A stretch of DNA of 64,000 nucleotides from positions 1,857,918 through 1,921,917 of the forward strand of contig OW818687.1 of the NCBI GenBank assembly GCA_942493275.1, read 5' to 3'. The DNA is from an uncultured Coriobacteriia bacterium. GTDB taxonomy: Bacteria; Actinomycetota; Coriobacteriia; Anaerosomatales; PHET01. Each line of letters begins with the position of its first letter. Position 1 is the first letter of the stretch. Positions 12,639 to 23,000 of this stretch are shown here, in pieces. Under the pieces are notes generated by a model. The model ran no database searches. It had not been told where the DNA came from and saw nothing but the letters and a program-made list of their open reading frames with translations. The translations under genes and the position numbers were made by a program.

Positions 12639-13745
12639 ATGGGTATCCCGCTGCTGGACCTGAAAGCGCAGTATCGCGACCTCAAGGACGAGCTCGACGC
12701 CGTGTGGTTCGACGTCATGAGCAACGCCTCGTTCATCGGCGGACCGCGCGTGAAGGCGCTCGAGGAGCAGGTTGCCGAGTACGTGGGCACCGAGCACTGC
12801 ATCGCCTGCGGTAACGGCACCGACGCGCTCTTCCTGATCATGGCCGCGCTCGGCATCGGTAAGGGCGACGAGGTCATCACGACCCCGTTCACGTTCTTCG
12901 CCACCGTCGAGTGCATCGCTCACGTCGGTGCGACCCCGGTCTTTGTCGACATCGAGCCCGGCACCTACAACATGGACATCTCGAAGGTCGAGGCCGCGAT
13001 CACCCCGCGCACCAAGGCCATCGTCCCTGTCCACATCTTCGGTCAGTGCGTGGACATGGACCCGCTCATCGAACTCGCCGCCGAGCACAACCTCGAGATC
13101 GTCGAAGATGCCTGCCAGGCGATCGGCGCCACCTACAAGGGCAAGCGCGCCGGCTCTCTGGCCCGCGCGGCCGCCTTCTCGTTCTTCCCGAGCAAGAACC
13201 TCGGCTGCGCCGGCGACGGCGGTTGCGTGACCACCGACGACGCGGTTCTCGCTGCGCGCATGCGCAAGCTCGCGGCGCACGGCACCACCAAGAAGTACTT
13301 CCACGACACCTTCGGCGTGAACTCGCGCCTCGACTCGCTGCAGGCCGGGATCCTCTCGGTGAAGCTGCCGCACCTCGACCGATGGAACGCCGAGCGCCGC
13401 GCCGCGGCCTCCGTCTACGACGAGCTGCTCGCCGGCACCCCGGATCTCGAGCTGCCGGTCGTGCGCGACTACGGCGAGGCGGTCTACCACCTCTACATCG
13501 TCAAGTCGGACCGTGCGGGCGACGTGATGGCCGCACTCGGCGATGCCGGCATCGGCACCGCGCTCTACTACCCGATGTCCCTGCACGAGCAGGAGGTCTT
13601 CGACAAGCGCGAGGGATGGGTTCGCCCGTCCCTGCCTGTCACCGAGTCCTGTGACGGTTCGACGTTCGCGCTGCCGGCCTTCCCCGGCATCACGCGCGAG
13701 CAGATCGAAGAGGTCGTCTCGGTTGTGAAGGGTGTGCTGAGCTGA
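12639..13745 (+). CDS. DegT/DnrJ/EryC1 PLP-dependent sugar aminotransferase, WbpE-like
   Basis: Contains GTEHCIACGNGTDAL and the PLP-lysine block FSFFPSKNLG. Confidence 0.9.
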   Translation: MGIPLLDLKAQYRDLKDELDAVWFDVMSNASFIGGPRVKALEEQVAEYVGTEHCIACGNGTDALFLIMAALGIGKGDEVITTPFTFFATVECIAHVGATPVFVDIEPGTYNMDISKVEAAITPRTKAIVPVHIFGQCVDMDPLIELAAEHNLEIVEDACQAIGATYKGKRAGSLARAAAFSFFPSKNLGCAGDGGCVTTDDAVLAARMRKLAAHGTTKKYFHDTFGVNSRLDSLQAGILSVKLPHLDRWNAERRAAASVYDELLAGTPDLELPVVRDYGEAVYHLYIVKSDRAGDVMAALGDAGIGTALYYPMSLHEQEVFDKREGWVRPSLPVTESCDGSTFALPAFPGITREQIEEVVSVVKGVLS

Positions 13746-13746
13746 C

Positions 13747-14835
13747 ATGAAGGTCATCTCGGTCGTCGGGGCCAGGCCCCAGTTCGTCAAAGCGGCACCG
13801 GTCTGCCGGGCTCTCCGCGCGCGTCACGAGGAGATCCTCGTGCACTCGGGTCAGCACTACGACTACGAGATGTCCGACGTCTTCTTCGAGCAGCTCGGCA
13901 TCCCGAAGCCGGACTTCAACCTCGCTGTCGGCAGTGGTTCGCACGCCAAGCAGACCGGCGAGATGATGGGACTGCTCGAGGAGCTGTTCATCGAGCAGAA
14001 GCCCGACGTCGTGCTCGTCTACGGCGACACCAACACCACGCTGGCCGCGGGACTCGCGGCAGCCAAGGCGCACATCCCGGTCGCGCACATCGAGGCGGGT
14101 CTGCGCTCGTTCAACCGCTCGATGCCCGAGGAGACCAACCGCGTCCTGGTCGATCACCTGAGCGAGCTGCTCCTGTGCCCGACACGGGCGGCGGTCGCCA
14201 ACCTGGGTGCCGAGGGCATCGTCCACGGCGTCCACCTCGTGGGCGACGTCATGCTCGACACCGCGCGCTTCTTCGCCGATCAGGTCGACGCGTCCGATGC
14301 GCTCGAGCGCTTCGAGGTCGAGCGGGGAGAGTACTTCCTCGCCACGGTCCACCGCGCGGGCACCTCGGACTCACGGGCCAGGCTCGAGTCGGTCATCCGC
14401 GCGTTTGGCCAGCTCGACAAGACCGTCATCTGGGCGATTCATCCGCGTACGCGCAAGAACATCGAGTCGTTCGGCCTCGACGCCCTGCTCTCGACCGCCC
14501 GCAACGTCGTGGCGGTGCCGCCGATCAACTACATCGACACCGTCTCGCTCCTCCGGTGCGCGAAAGGCCTGCTCACCGACTCGGGCGGCATGCAGAAGGA
14601 GGCCTACTTCTTCGGCGTCCCCTGCGTCACACTGCGTGACGAGACCGAGTGGGTCGAGACCGTGGAGCTCGGCTGGAACCGCCTCGTGGGCACCGACGAG
14701 TCCGCGATAATCGCTGCGGCGGGCAGTTTGGCAACTCCTTCGCTCCATCCTGATGTCTACGGGGACGGTCGAGCGGCCGAAGCCATCGTCGTCGCGCTCG
14801 AGCAAAGGTTCGACTCGAATCGCGTCGGCGAGTAG
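13747..14835 (+). CDS. UDP-N-acetylglucosamine 2-epimerase family (WbpI/WecB-type, non-hydrolysing)
   Basis: Contains RPQFVK, HSGQHYD, YGDTNTTLA and HIEAGLRSF. Confidence 0.9.
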   Translation: MKVISVVGARPQFVKAAPVCRALRARHEEILVHSGQHYDYEMSDVFFEQLGIPKPDFNLAVGSGSHAKQTGEMMGLLEELFIEQKPDVVLVYGDTNTTLAAGLAAAKAHIPVAHIEAGLRSFNRSMPEETNRVLVDHLSELLLCPTRAAVANLGAEGIVHGVHLVGDVMLDTARFFADQVDASDALERFEVERGEYFLATVHRAGTSDSRARLESVIRAFGQLDKTVIWAIHPRTRKNIESFGLDALLSTARNVVAVPPINYIDTVSLLRCAKGLLTDSGGMQKEAYFFGVPCVTLRDETEWVETVELGWNRLVGTDESAIIAAAGSLATPSLHPDVYGDGRAAEAIVVALEQRFDSNRVGE

Positions 14836-14859
14836 TCACGCACACTATCTCGGAGGGTC

Positions 14860-16407
14860 ATGGGTAAGCATTCTTCAAGTAATGGGTCGGGTCCGTTCAA
14901 GCGTGGCGGGTCTGACCGCCAGGGTTCCGGACTTCCGCGCCCGGCGAAGCGCTCCTCCGCAGGGGCTCGTCGCGGCACGCCCATCCCCAAGAACACCAAG
15001 CCCCGTGTTCCCGATGAGACGTACTCCCTGTCGGATGCATCGTCGCGCCGCAAAGGCCCGCTGGAGAGCGCTCCGGCCCGCCTTCGCGTCGAGCGCGAGC
15101 GTCGTCGTTCCCGCACCAAGCGCTACGCGGCCATCGGAGCCGTTGCTCTCGGCGTGCTGATCGTGACCGCCGGAATCGGTGTGTTCGCGTACGCCAAGCA
15201 CATCGAGAAGACGATGCAAAAGACGATCTACAAGCAGGAGAAGGTCATCGCTCAGCTCGATAAGGCAAAGCCGATGGAGCCGTACAACATGCTCCTCGTC
15301 GGCTTCGACCGCCGACCGGGCGAGACCGTGTATCGCACTGACTCCATGCTGCTCGCACGAGTCGATCCCAAGACCAAAGAGGTCTGGCTTCTGTCGATCC
15401 CTCGCGACACCAAGGTCACGGTGCCGGGTCACGGGACCCAGAAGATCAACAACGCCTACGCGCTCGGCGGGCCTGAGCTGACCATCGAGACGGTGGAGAA
15501 GTTCACGGACGTGTCGATCAACCATTACATGGCCATCAACTTCGAGGGCTTCGAAAAGGCCGTCGACGCGATGGGCGGCGTGTGGGTCGACGTCCCGCAG
15601 GAGATCAACGACATCAAGGCCGACCGCAGTCCCGGACACCGGGCCGCACACGTCGATGCCGGCTACCAGCTTCTGGACGGCGAGCACGCACTCACCTTTG
15701 TCCGCAGCCGAGACTATCCGGACGCCGACATCACCCGCATGAAGAATCAGCAGTCGTTCTTCATGGCGATCGCCGATCAGGTCGCCGAGCGCACCAGCAT
15801 GGCCAGGATCCCCGGCATCGTTTCGGGCGTCGCACCCTACATCTCGACCGACATGTCGCTGATGGAGATGCTCCGCACCGCCCAGGCGCTTCGCGGGGCC
15901 GGCAGCAAGCGGGTCTACACCTCGACCATCGGTGGTGACTGGGTCTCGCCCTACATCGTCACCGACGAGGAGGCCAAGGCAACGCTTCTCGCCAAGTTCA
16001 ATGCCGGCGAGCCCTTTGTGAAGCCCAAGGCATCCGAGGGGGACAGCTCGACTCCCGACGCAGAGGAGACCGAGGCGGAGTCCACGGTCGACCCGGCCAA
16101 GGTGACGGTCACCGTGCGCAATGGTGCCGGCATCGCGGGATGCGCGAAGCAGGCGTCATCGATCCTCAAGGCGCAGGCATTCCAGGTGCTCGACGTGGGC
16201 AACGCCAACCAGTTCGTCTACCCGGAGACGCTCGTGGTCTTCAAGGGCGACAGGAGCGCGGCCGAGCTGGTCGCCAAGGCGCTGCCGCCGGGAACCAAGC
16301 TCGTTGAGAGCCGCGGGATGTATGCCTACTCCACGGAGGTACTCGTTGTCGTCGGGCGGAACTGGGACGTGAGCAAGGTCCCGGTCGCGCCGATCAGGAC
16401 GAACTAG
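14860..16407 (+). CDS. LytR-CpsA-Psr (LCP) family glycopolymer-to-peptidoglycan ligase with a C-terminal LytR_C domain
   Basis: Basic cytoplasmic tail, one TM helix (AIGAVALGVLIVTAGIGVFAY), and an LCP core (LLVGFDRR...RTDSMLLARVDP...SIPRDT). The C-terminal part VTVTVRNGAGIAGCA...VVF is typical of LytR_C. Confidence 0.9.
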   Translation: MGKHSSSNGSGPFKRGGSDRQGSGLPRPAKRSSAGARRGTPIPKNTKPRVPDETYSLSDASSRRKGPLESAPARLRVERERRRSRTKRYAAIGAVALGVLIVTAGIGVFAYAKHIEKTMQKTIYKQEKVIAQLDKAKPMEPYNMLLVGFDRRPGETVYRTDSMLLARVDPKTKEVWLLSIPRDTKVTVPGHGTQKINNAYALGGPELTIETVEKFTDVSINHYMAINFEGFEKAVDAMGGVWVDVPQEINDIKADRSPGHRAAHVDAGYQLLDGEHALTFVRSRDYPDADITRMKNQQSFFMAIADQVAERTSMARIPGIVSGVAPYISTDMSLMEMLRTAQALRGAGSKRVYTSTIGGDWVSPYIVTDEEAKATLLAKFNAGEPFVKPKASEGDSSTPDAEETEAESTVDPAKVTVTVRNGAGIAGCAKQASSILKAQAFQVLDVGNANQFVYPETLVVFKGDRSAAELVAKALPPGTKLVESRGMYAYSTEVLVVVGRNWDVSKVPVAPIRTN

Positions 16408-17624
16408 CGTCCCTCGACCGCACTCTCGAGTACGTCAAAGACGCGCGCTGCGAGCAAATCTCGTGCGAACTCACTCTCAGCAAGAGCGCGCGCGTTCGCG
16501 CCCATCCGGGTGCGCTCGCCCTCGTGATCCGCGAGCCGCTCGATCGCGTCGGCTAGCGCCGCTCCATCCTCGGCGGGGAAGTAGATGCCGCACTCGTGGT
16601 CCTCGACCAGCTGCCGCGTCCACCCGTCCGAGTTCACGATCATCGGCCGTCCGGTGGCGAGCCCGTCGAAGAACTTGTTGGGCGAGTTGGTCGCAAGGAT
16701 CGGCTTGTCGGCGAACAGCGCCATCAGCGCGTCAGCGGTCCGCGTGAAGCGCGGCACCTCGGCCTTGGGCATCGAACCGGCGATGATGACGTTGGGCAGG
16801 CCCTCCGTGCGCTCAGTCAGTGCGGGGACCGACTTGCCGTCACCGGCGACCAGGAATACGACGTCGTCGCGTCCACGCTCGTGCAACAGGCGCGCAGCCT
16901 CGGGGACGTTGTCCTCGACGGCGTTCGAAGGTCCGATCGCGCCGGCGTAGCCCACCACGAAGCGCTCGTGAAGCCCGTAGCGCTCCACGAGCTCCGGGTC
17001 CTTGGGTCCGGGCCCAAACAGGTCGAGATCGCTCGAGTTGGGAACCATGTGCACGCGGTCGGGGTCCACGCCCTCGCCGATGACGCCGGCTACCATGCCG
17101 GGCGAGAGTGCGACCACGTGGCGCGCACGATGGTAAAGGAACCGCTCGAGCATCTTGCCGATGCGTCCCAGCAGGCCGGTGCGGCTGATCGCACCCATCT
17201 GAATCGCAGCCTCAGGCCACAGGTCGCGCACCTCGAAGACGAACGGCGTGTTGTGCAGCGCCGCAGCGATCCATCCCGGGATGCCTACGGTGAGCGGCGT
17301 GGAGGTCGCGAAGACGACGTCGTGACGGCCGGCGGTCGACGCGAGCCAGGACGCACCGAACATGAAGGTCGCGAACGACACGATGCGCCGCCAAGTCCCC
17401 ATGCGGTTGTCGTAGTTCACGCGCACGCTGCGGATACGGATGCCGTCGATCTCGCCTTCCGAGTAGAGCTTCTCGGAGAACTCCGCGGGCAAGCGCGAGG
17501 CCGAGGTGATGACAGTGACTTCGTGGCCCTGCTCGACCCACCGGCGAGAGAACTCGTAAGAGCGGATGAGCCCGAGCGAGCTGTCGCGGGTGGCGAAGAA
17601 CTGGTGGACGTAGAGGATGCGCAC
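16404..17624 (-). CDS. Glycosyltransferase family 4 (WcaI/WbuB-like)
   Basis: Contains MRILYVHQFF...G..R..E and a C-terminal GT-B block with E(x7)E-type acidic residues. GTG start 12 nt after the ugd stop. Confidence 0.85.
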   Translation of the reverse strand: MRILYVHQFFATRDSSLGLIRSYEFSRRWVEQGHEVTVITSASRLPAEFSEKLYSEGEIDGIRIRSVRVNYDNRMGTWRRIVSFATFMFGASWLASTAGRHDVVFATSTPLTVGIPGWIAAALHNTPFVFEVRDLWPEAAIQMGAISRTGLLGRIGKMLERFLYHRARHVVALSPGMVAGVIGEGVDPDRVHMVPNSSDLDLFGPGPKDPELVERYGLHERFVVGYAGAIGPSNAVEDNVPEAARLLHERGRDDVVFLVAGDGKSVPALTERTEGLPNVIIAGSMPKAEVPRFTRTADALMALFADKPILATNSPNKFFDGLATGRPMIVNSDGWTRQLVEDHECGIYFPAEDGAALADAIERLADHEGERTRMGANARALAESEFARDLLAARVFDVLESAVEGR

Positions 17625-17636
17625 GCGAAGCGGTCC

Positions 17637-18938
17637 CTAGTGCCGGTGCGAGCCGTCGCGGCCCACTGCCATGTACGTGCAGCCAGCCGCTTCGATCGCC
17701 TCGCGGTCCAGAGCGTTGCGGCCGTCGAAGATCACGGCCGGCTCGGCCATGACCGAGCGGACGCGCGCCCAGTCGAGCTCGATGAACTCCGGCCATTCGG
17801 TCACAAGCACCGCTGCCGAGGCGCCCTCGAGCGCGTCCCACACGGAGTCGGTACGCGTCGCGCCGTCCAGCTCGATGGGGCCCGCGATGGGGTCGTAGCA
17901 CGCGACCTCGGCGCCCTCCTCGATGAGCAGGGGAGCGATGTCGAGGGCCGGGCTCTCGCGCACGTCGTCGGTGTAGGGCTTGAACGACAGGCCGAGGAGC
18001 GCGACCTTACGGCGGTGCAGATCGGGAAACGCCTTGGACAGATGGATCACCGGCAGCAGACGCTGGCGGTTGTTGACCTCGATGACGGCCTTGAGCAGGT
18101 CGAACTGGTAGCCGTTCAGCATCGAGATGAAGTCGAGCGCTCGCGTGTCCTTGGGGAAGCAGGACCCGCCGTAGCCGATGCCGGCCTGCAGGAAGTGCGG
18201 GCCGATGCGCTTATCGAGGCCCATTCCCTCGGCGACGGCGCCGATGTCGGCTCCCACGCAGTCGCAGACGTTGGCCATCTCGTTGATGAAGCTGATCTTG
18301 GTCGACAGGAACGCGTTCGAGGCGTACTTGATCGTCTCGGCGCTCGCCACGTCGGTGAGGACCACCGGGGCGTCGAGGGACTCGTAGAGCTTCGCGACGC
18401 GCTCGCCTGCCGCGCGATCTTCGGCGCCGATCACCACGCGGTCGGTGTGGTACCAGTCTTCGATGGCGTGACCCTCGCGCAGGAACTCCGGGTTGGAGAC
18501 GTAGGAGATCTCGACCTCAGCCTCGCCGAGGATGCGGTCGAGGGTGGCGCGTCCGGTGCCCATCGGCACGGTCGACTTCATGACGAGCGTGAAGGGCTCG
18601 GCGGCCTCCGCGGCAAGCGAGGTGGCGACGGCGCGGACGAACGAGAGGTCGGCGGCGCCGTTCTCGGCCATGGGCGTGCCGACCGCGACAAAGACGACGT
18701 CGCCGAGCAGCGGCGCCCATCCGCCCTCGGGCGTCTCGAAGCGCAGACGGCCGGAGTCGATGCCGGAGCGCAGCAGCGCGTCGAGACCGGGCTCGTAGAT
18801 GGTGGGCTCGCCGCGGCGGAGGCGCTCGACCTTGGAGCGGTCGATGTCGACACAGGTGACATCGTGGCCCACATCGGCGAGACACACGCCCTGGATGAGA
18901 CCGACGTAGCCCGTTCCGACGACTGTGACCCTGGCCAT
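17637..18938 (-). CDS. ugd: UDP-glucose 6-dehydrogenase
   Basis: Contains MARVTVVGTGYVGL and the catalytic Cys block GYGGSCFPKD. The start was moved to the ATG at 18938, which is preceded by GGAGG; the ORF-track extension to 19019 is unlikely. Confidence 0.93.
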   Translation of the reverse strand: MARVTVVGTGYVGLIQGVCLADVGHDVTCVDIDRSKVERLRRGEPTIYEPGLDALLRSGIDSGRLRFETPEGGWAPLLGDVVFVAVGTPMAENGAADLSFVRAVATSLAAEAAEPFTLVMKSTVPMGTGRATLDRILGEAEVEISYVSNPEFLREGHAIEDWYHTDRVVIGAEDRAAGERVAKLYESLDAPVVLTDVASAETIKYASNAFLSTKISFINEMANVCDCVGADIGAVAEGMGLDKRIGPHFLQAGIGYGGSCFPKDTRALDFISMLNGYQFDLLKAVIEVNNRQRLLPVIHLSKAFPDLHRRKVALLGLSFKPYTDDVRESPALDIAPLLIEEGAEVACYDPIAGPIELDGATRTDSVWDALEGASAAVLVTEWPEFIELDWARVRSVMAEPAVIFDGRNALDREAIEAAGCTYMAVGRDGSHRH

Positions 18939-19170
18939 TAGCTCTACCTCCCCGGCTCGCGTTGAGCCCGTGAATACATACATAGGGGCGCGTGTTGGCG
19001 CCACACGGCAGGTTAGCACAGCGGGTACGTGCCACGACGCGTCGTCACGGGTCCGTTACGGGGCTTGCAGCCCGGTCGCCCGACCCGTGGTTAGGCGGGC
19101 GGGCAGGGTGGCCCGTGCGGTATCCTGTGAGCGCATTGCGTCTGCATGTGACGACGACCGAAGGACGAAC

Positions 19171-19845
19171 ATGGCACAAGACACGGACACCTCGGCACGC
19201 AACACGCTCATCGCCGCTATCGCGGTCTCAGTGCTGCTGGTCGCGTCGATCGCCGTTGCAGCGGTTCGCGGCCCGGCTGATGAGCCCGTGGGGCAGGCCA
19301 CTGGCGAGTCCACGATGACGGGCGAGCAGTCCGGCGCAACGGGCACGCCCGATAACGGCACGCCCGGCGAGCCCGGGGACACGTCGGGAGGCGGTCAGAC
19401 CGCGCCCGGGACCACCCAGGATCCGACGGACGACGAGGGCAAGAACCTGCCCTCAGGCAATCGCGCCGGCGCCCCGACCGCACCCGCACCGGAGGGAAGC
19501 AGGCTCACGACGCTTCCTGCGCCGCCGCTTAAGACGATCGGGCTCATCAAACTGCCGGACAACTTCAAGGGCGCCACGTACGCGATCACATTCGAGCCCT
19601 ACGGCTGGGGGCCTTCGGGAGTCCAGGGCGGACGGCTGGTTGCCCGCATCAAGACGTCGAAGGCCGCCGATGACGGAGCCAAGGCGCTGAACCGCGACTT
19701 CACGGATCGAAACGCGACACTGTGGTGCACGCCGGAAGTGGCGCGCATCGTCAAGATCGGCGGCGAGTACCAGGCCAAGCTCGTGGTCAGGCCCCAAGGT
19801 GACGCCGGGGTGCTCTACATCGAGAACGTGAAGGCGGTCGAGTAG
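19171..19845 (+). CDS. Membrane-anchored hypothetical protein (N-terminal TM, Pro/Gly/Thr-rich linker, ~110-aa C-terminal domain of unknown function)
   Basis: Start at MAQDTDTS..., then the TM helix LIAAIAVSVLLVASIAVAAV. No recognisable family motif. Confidence 0.55.
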   Translation: MAQDTDTSARNTLIAAIAVSVLLVASIAVAAVRGPADEPVGQATGESTMTGEQSGATGTPDNGTPGEPGDTSGGGQTAPGTTQDPTDDEGKNLPSGNRAGAPTAPAPEGSRLTTLPAPPLKTIGLIKLPDNFKGATYAITFEPYGWGPSGVQGGRLVARIKTSKAADDGAKALNRDFTDRNATLWCTPEVARIVKIGGEYQAKLVVRPQGDAGVLYIENVKAVE

Positions 19846-20008
19846 CCGCACTCTTCAGGTGTTTTGCGCTGGGCGGCAGGCCGCGCCGGCGTTATGATTC
19901 GTAGGTACGCTCGGAAAGGCATTTCAGGGGGGACGACCGGCATTCGTGGCGGCGTCCAGGGAACGCGATGCCGTCTGTCATGGGCGGCACGAGCCAAGGA
20001 GGACGTGT

Positions 20009-23000
20009 ATGTCAGGCCGATGGCGCGCAACACTGTTCGCGCTGGTGCTCGGAGTAGCGCTCATGCTTGCTCCGACCCTCGCAAGCGCAGCTCCGGGTGT
20101 GATCACCGGAATGGTTACCGACGCAGACACGGGTGAGCCCGTCGCGGGCGTCGATATCTATGCATGGTGGTGGGACGGCCTGTGGGAGGGTCCCGACGGC
20201 TACGCCACCACCGATGAGAACGGCGTCTACACCTTTGACGCGCTCCCTGCGAATGGGACGTACGACCTCGAGGCGTACCGTGACGGCTACGAGGACTTCT
20301 ACTACGGTGACGGCCTCACGACCACCGAGAACCTCGACACCACTTTCGACTTCGAGATGTTCCCCCTGGTCCCGATGGCCTCCGGCAATGTGCGCGCGTC
20401 TGACGGCGGTGCGGGCATCCCCGTCGATGGCGCCGAGGTCACGGCCTACACCTACGACGCCGACTGGGGCGAGTGGTGGACCGAGAACTGGGCCTACACC
20501 GACGCGGAGGGCGACTGGTCGATGTCGGGCAGCTCGGGCGTCTACCGCTTCGGCTTCACGGCTGAGGGCCTGCGCAGCGAGTTCTACGACAACCAGGCCA
20601 CGATCGAGGCCGCCGATAACGTCACCATCGTGACAAGCGACAGCGATCCTCGCCCGGCGACCGGCATCGACGCGGAGCTGGACCCGGCCACCGTCGCGAT
20701 CAGCGGCGTGATCATGGAGGAAGACGGAGTCACTCCCGCCGACTGGGCGCCCGTCGCCCTGTGGGCGTGGGACGACGAGTTCAGCGAGTACGTCCAGGTC
20801 GACTGGACGATGACGAACATCGACGGTTCGTACGCCTTCTACGACCTGCCCGATAACCTCTACCTCGTGCAGTTCGAGGGCGGGATGATCGACTGGGATC
20901 CTGAGACCGGCGAACCTGTGGGCACCGTGTGGCAGGAGCAGTGGTTCGAGGCGGCAGCCACGATGGATCTGGCGACCGAGCTCAACTACGTGGGCGTCGA
21001 GATCGGGGGCGTCGACTTCGCCTTGACCCCTTCAGAGATCTCACTCGGCGGTGTCGTGTACGCCGAGGACGGAGTCACCCCGCTTCCGGGTGTGTGGATC
21101 GACATCTGGGGCTCCCTGGACGGCCTTGAGTTCTTCTGGGTGGACGGCGCCGAGAGCGACGAGGCCGGCGAGTGGGAGGTCTACGACCTTCCGGCAGGTC
21201 TCTACATCGCGGGCTACACCGGCGAGAACCCCCAGTACATCGAGGAGAGCGACGACCAGTTCTACTACCTCCCTGAGTACTTCAATAACGTACCCGCCGC
21301 GGACCTCGCCGAATGGCAGTTCCTGCCCGGCGGCGAGCGCACCGACATGAACTTCACTCTGGCTCCCGCGGGTCCTCAGCTTGAGGGCACCGTCACGCGC
21401 GCCTCGGACTCGGCTCCGGTCGAGGGCCTCGAGGTCAGCACGTTCGTGTACAACGCGGACGAGGAATACTGGGAGAACACCAAGTGGGACATCTCGGACG
21501 CCACCGGCGCCTACGGCATCGGCGGTGTTGCGCCGGGTGACGTGAAGCTCGGCACCATGGGCGGCGCTCCGCAGGTCGAGACCCCGCTCGACGGCTACTA
21601 CAATGCCGCGTTCTGGGATGGCGCTGTCGACGTCTCGCTCGCCGACACGGTCACCGTCGACCCCAGCTGGGCCGACCCGCAGACCGGCTTCGACCTTGAG
21701 GTCACGCCGACCGAGCCCATGCTCACGGGCAAGCTCGTCAGCGCGACCGCTCAGCCGATCGCTGACGGCGCTGTCACGCTCTACCAGCAGGGCGGTTGGG
21801 GCGAAGGCAGCACCTGGGATGTCATGGCGACTGCTTGGAGCCGCGCCGACGGCACCTTCGAGGTTTACCCCGACTATCCCGGTCAGGAGCTCACCGGCTC
21901 CGTCGCCGTCGAGTTCGACGCCGGCTGGGAGTACTACCGTGAGTACTACAACAACAAGCGCCGCCTGGCGGACAGCAACCTGGTCACGATGACGCCCGGA
22001 ACCCCCGTGGGACTTGGCAACATCGTCATGGATGACTACACGGCGGTCTCGACCCGTCTGTCGGCGACGAGCCGCTACGGTACCGCGGCGACCATCGCCA
22101 AGAAGCTCACCAACGGCTACGAGAACGTGAGCCACGTCATCATCGCCTCCGGCACGAGCCCGGCCGACCCGCTGGCCGCTGCAGGCCTCACGTGGGCCTA
22201 CGACGGCGCTCCGATGCTCCTGACGGTCCCGACGTTCGTGCCCGACGAGACCATCGCCGCGCTGCGCGAGATCATCGACGTGAACGGCGACATCGAGATC
22301 CACTTCGTCGGTGGCGTCAACGCTCTTCCTGAGGCTCGCTACGCCGAGATCAAGACCAAGCTCGGCGCCGACGCAGCCCACCTGATCGATGACGCCGGAG
22401 TCGTCGACCGCATCGCCGGCGGCAACCGCTTCGCGACTGCCGCTGCGATCTCGCAGCGCATGGGCGAGGTCCGGCCCGACATGCCCGAGATGGTCCTCAT
22501 CGCCAACGGCGCCGAGGAGACCAAGTTCGTGGACGCTCTCGCGCTCTCGACGGTCGCCGCGTACAAGGGCGCTCCGATCCTGACCGTGAGCCAGACGCTG
22601 GTTCCGCAGGCGACGATCGATGAGATCGACCGTCTCGGTGTGAGCCCGGACAAGATCTACATCGCGGGTGGCGTGAACACCGTCTCCGAGAGCGTGCGCA
22701 ACGCCCTCGGCGTGGCTCCTGCCAACCGTCTCGCGGGCAACAACCGCTACAACACGGCCATCGCCGTTGCCGACTGGGCCGTCCAAAGCGGCCTGCTCGT
22801 CGGTGACTCGTGCGGTGTTGCGGCCAACATCCCCGACGCGCTGACCGGTGGCGCGACCGTGGGTTCGCAGGGCGGCACATTGCTGCTCACGACGAAGGAC
22901 TACCTGTTCGGCTGGGACGACTACACCTCGACCACCGAGTACATGGGCGACGTGGTCGTGCCGATGGTGGACCTGGGCGACGGCTCGCTGCCGAAGCTCT

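Noticed and set aside
16596-18941. 781-aa plus-strand ORF, the longest uninterrupted ORF in this area
   Set aside because: It is entirely antisense to the GT4 (16404..17624) and ugd (17637..18938) genes, which carry clear catalytic motifs. Its Arg/Gly/Asp/His-rich low-complexity translation is typical of stop-poor antisense frames in high-GC DNA.
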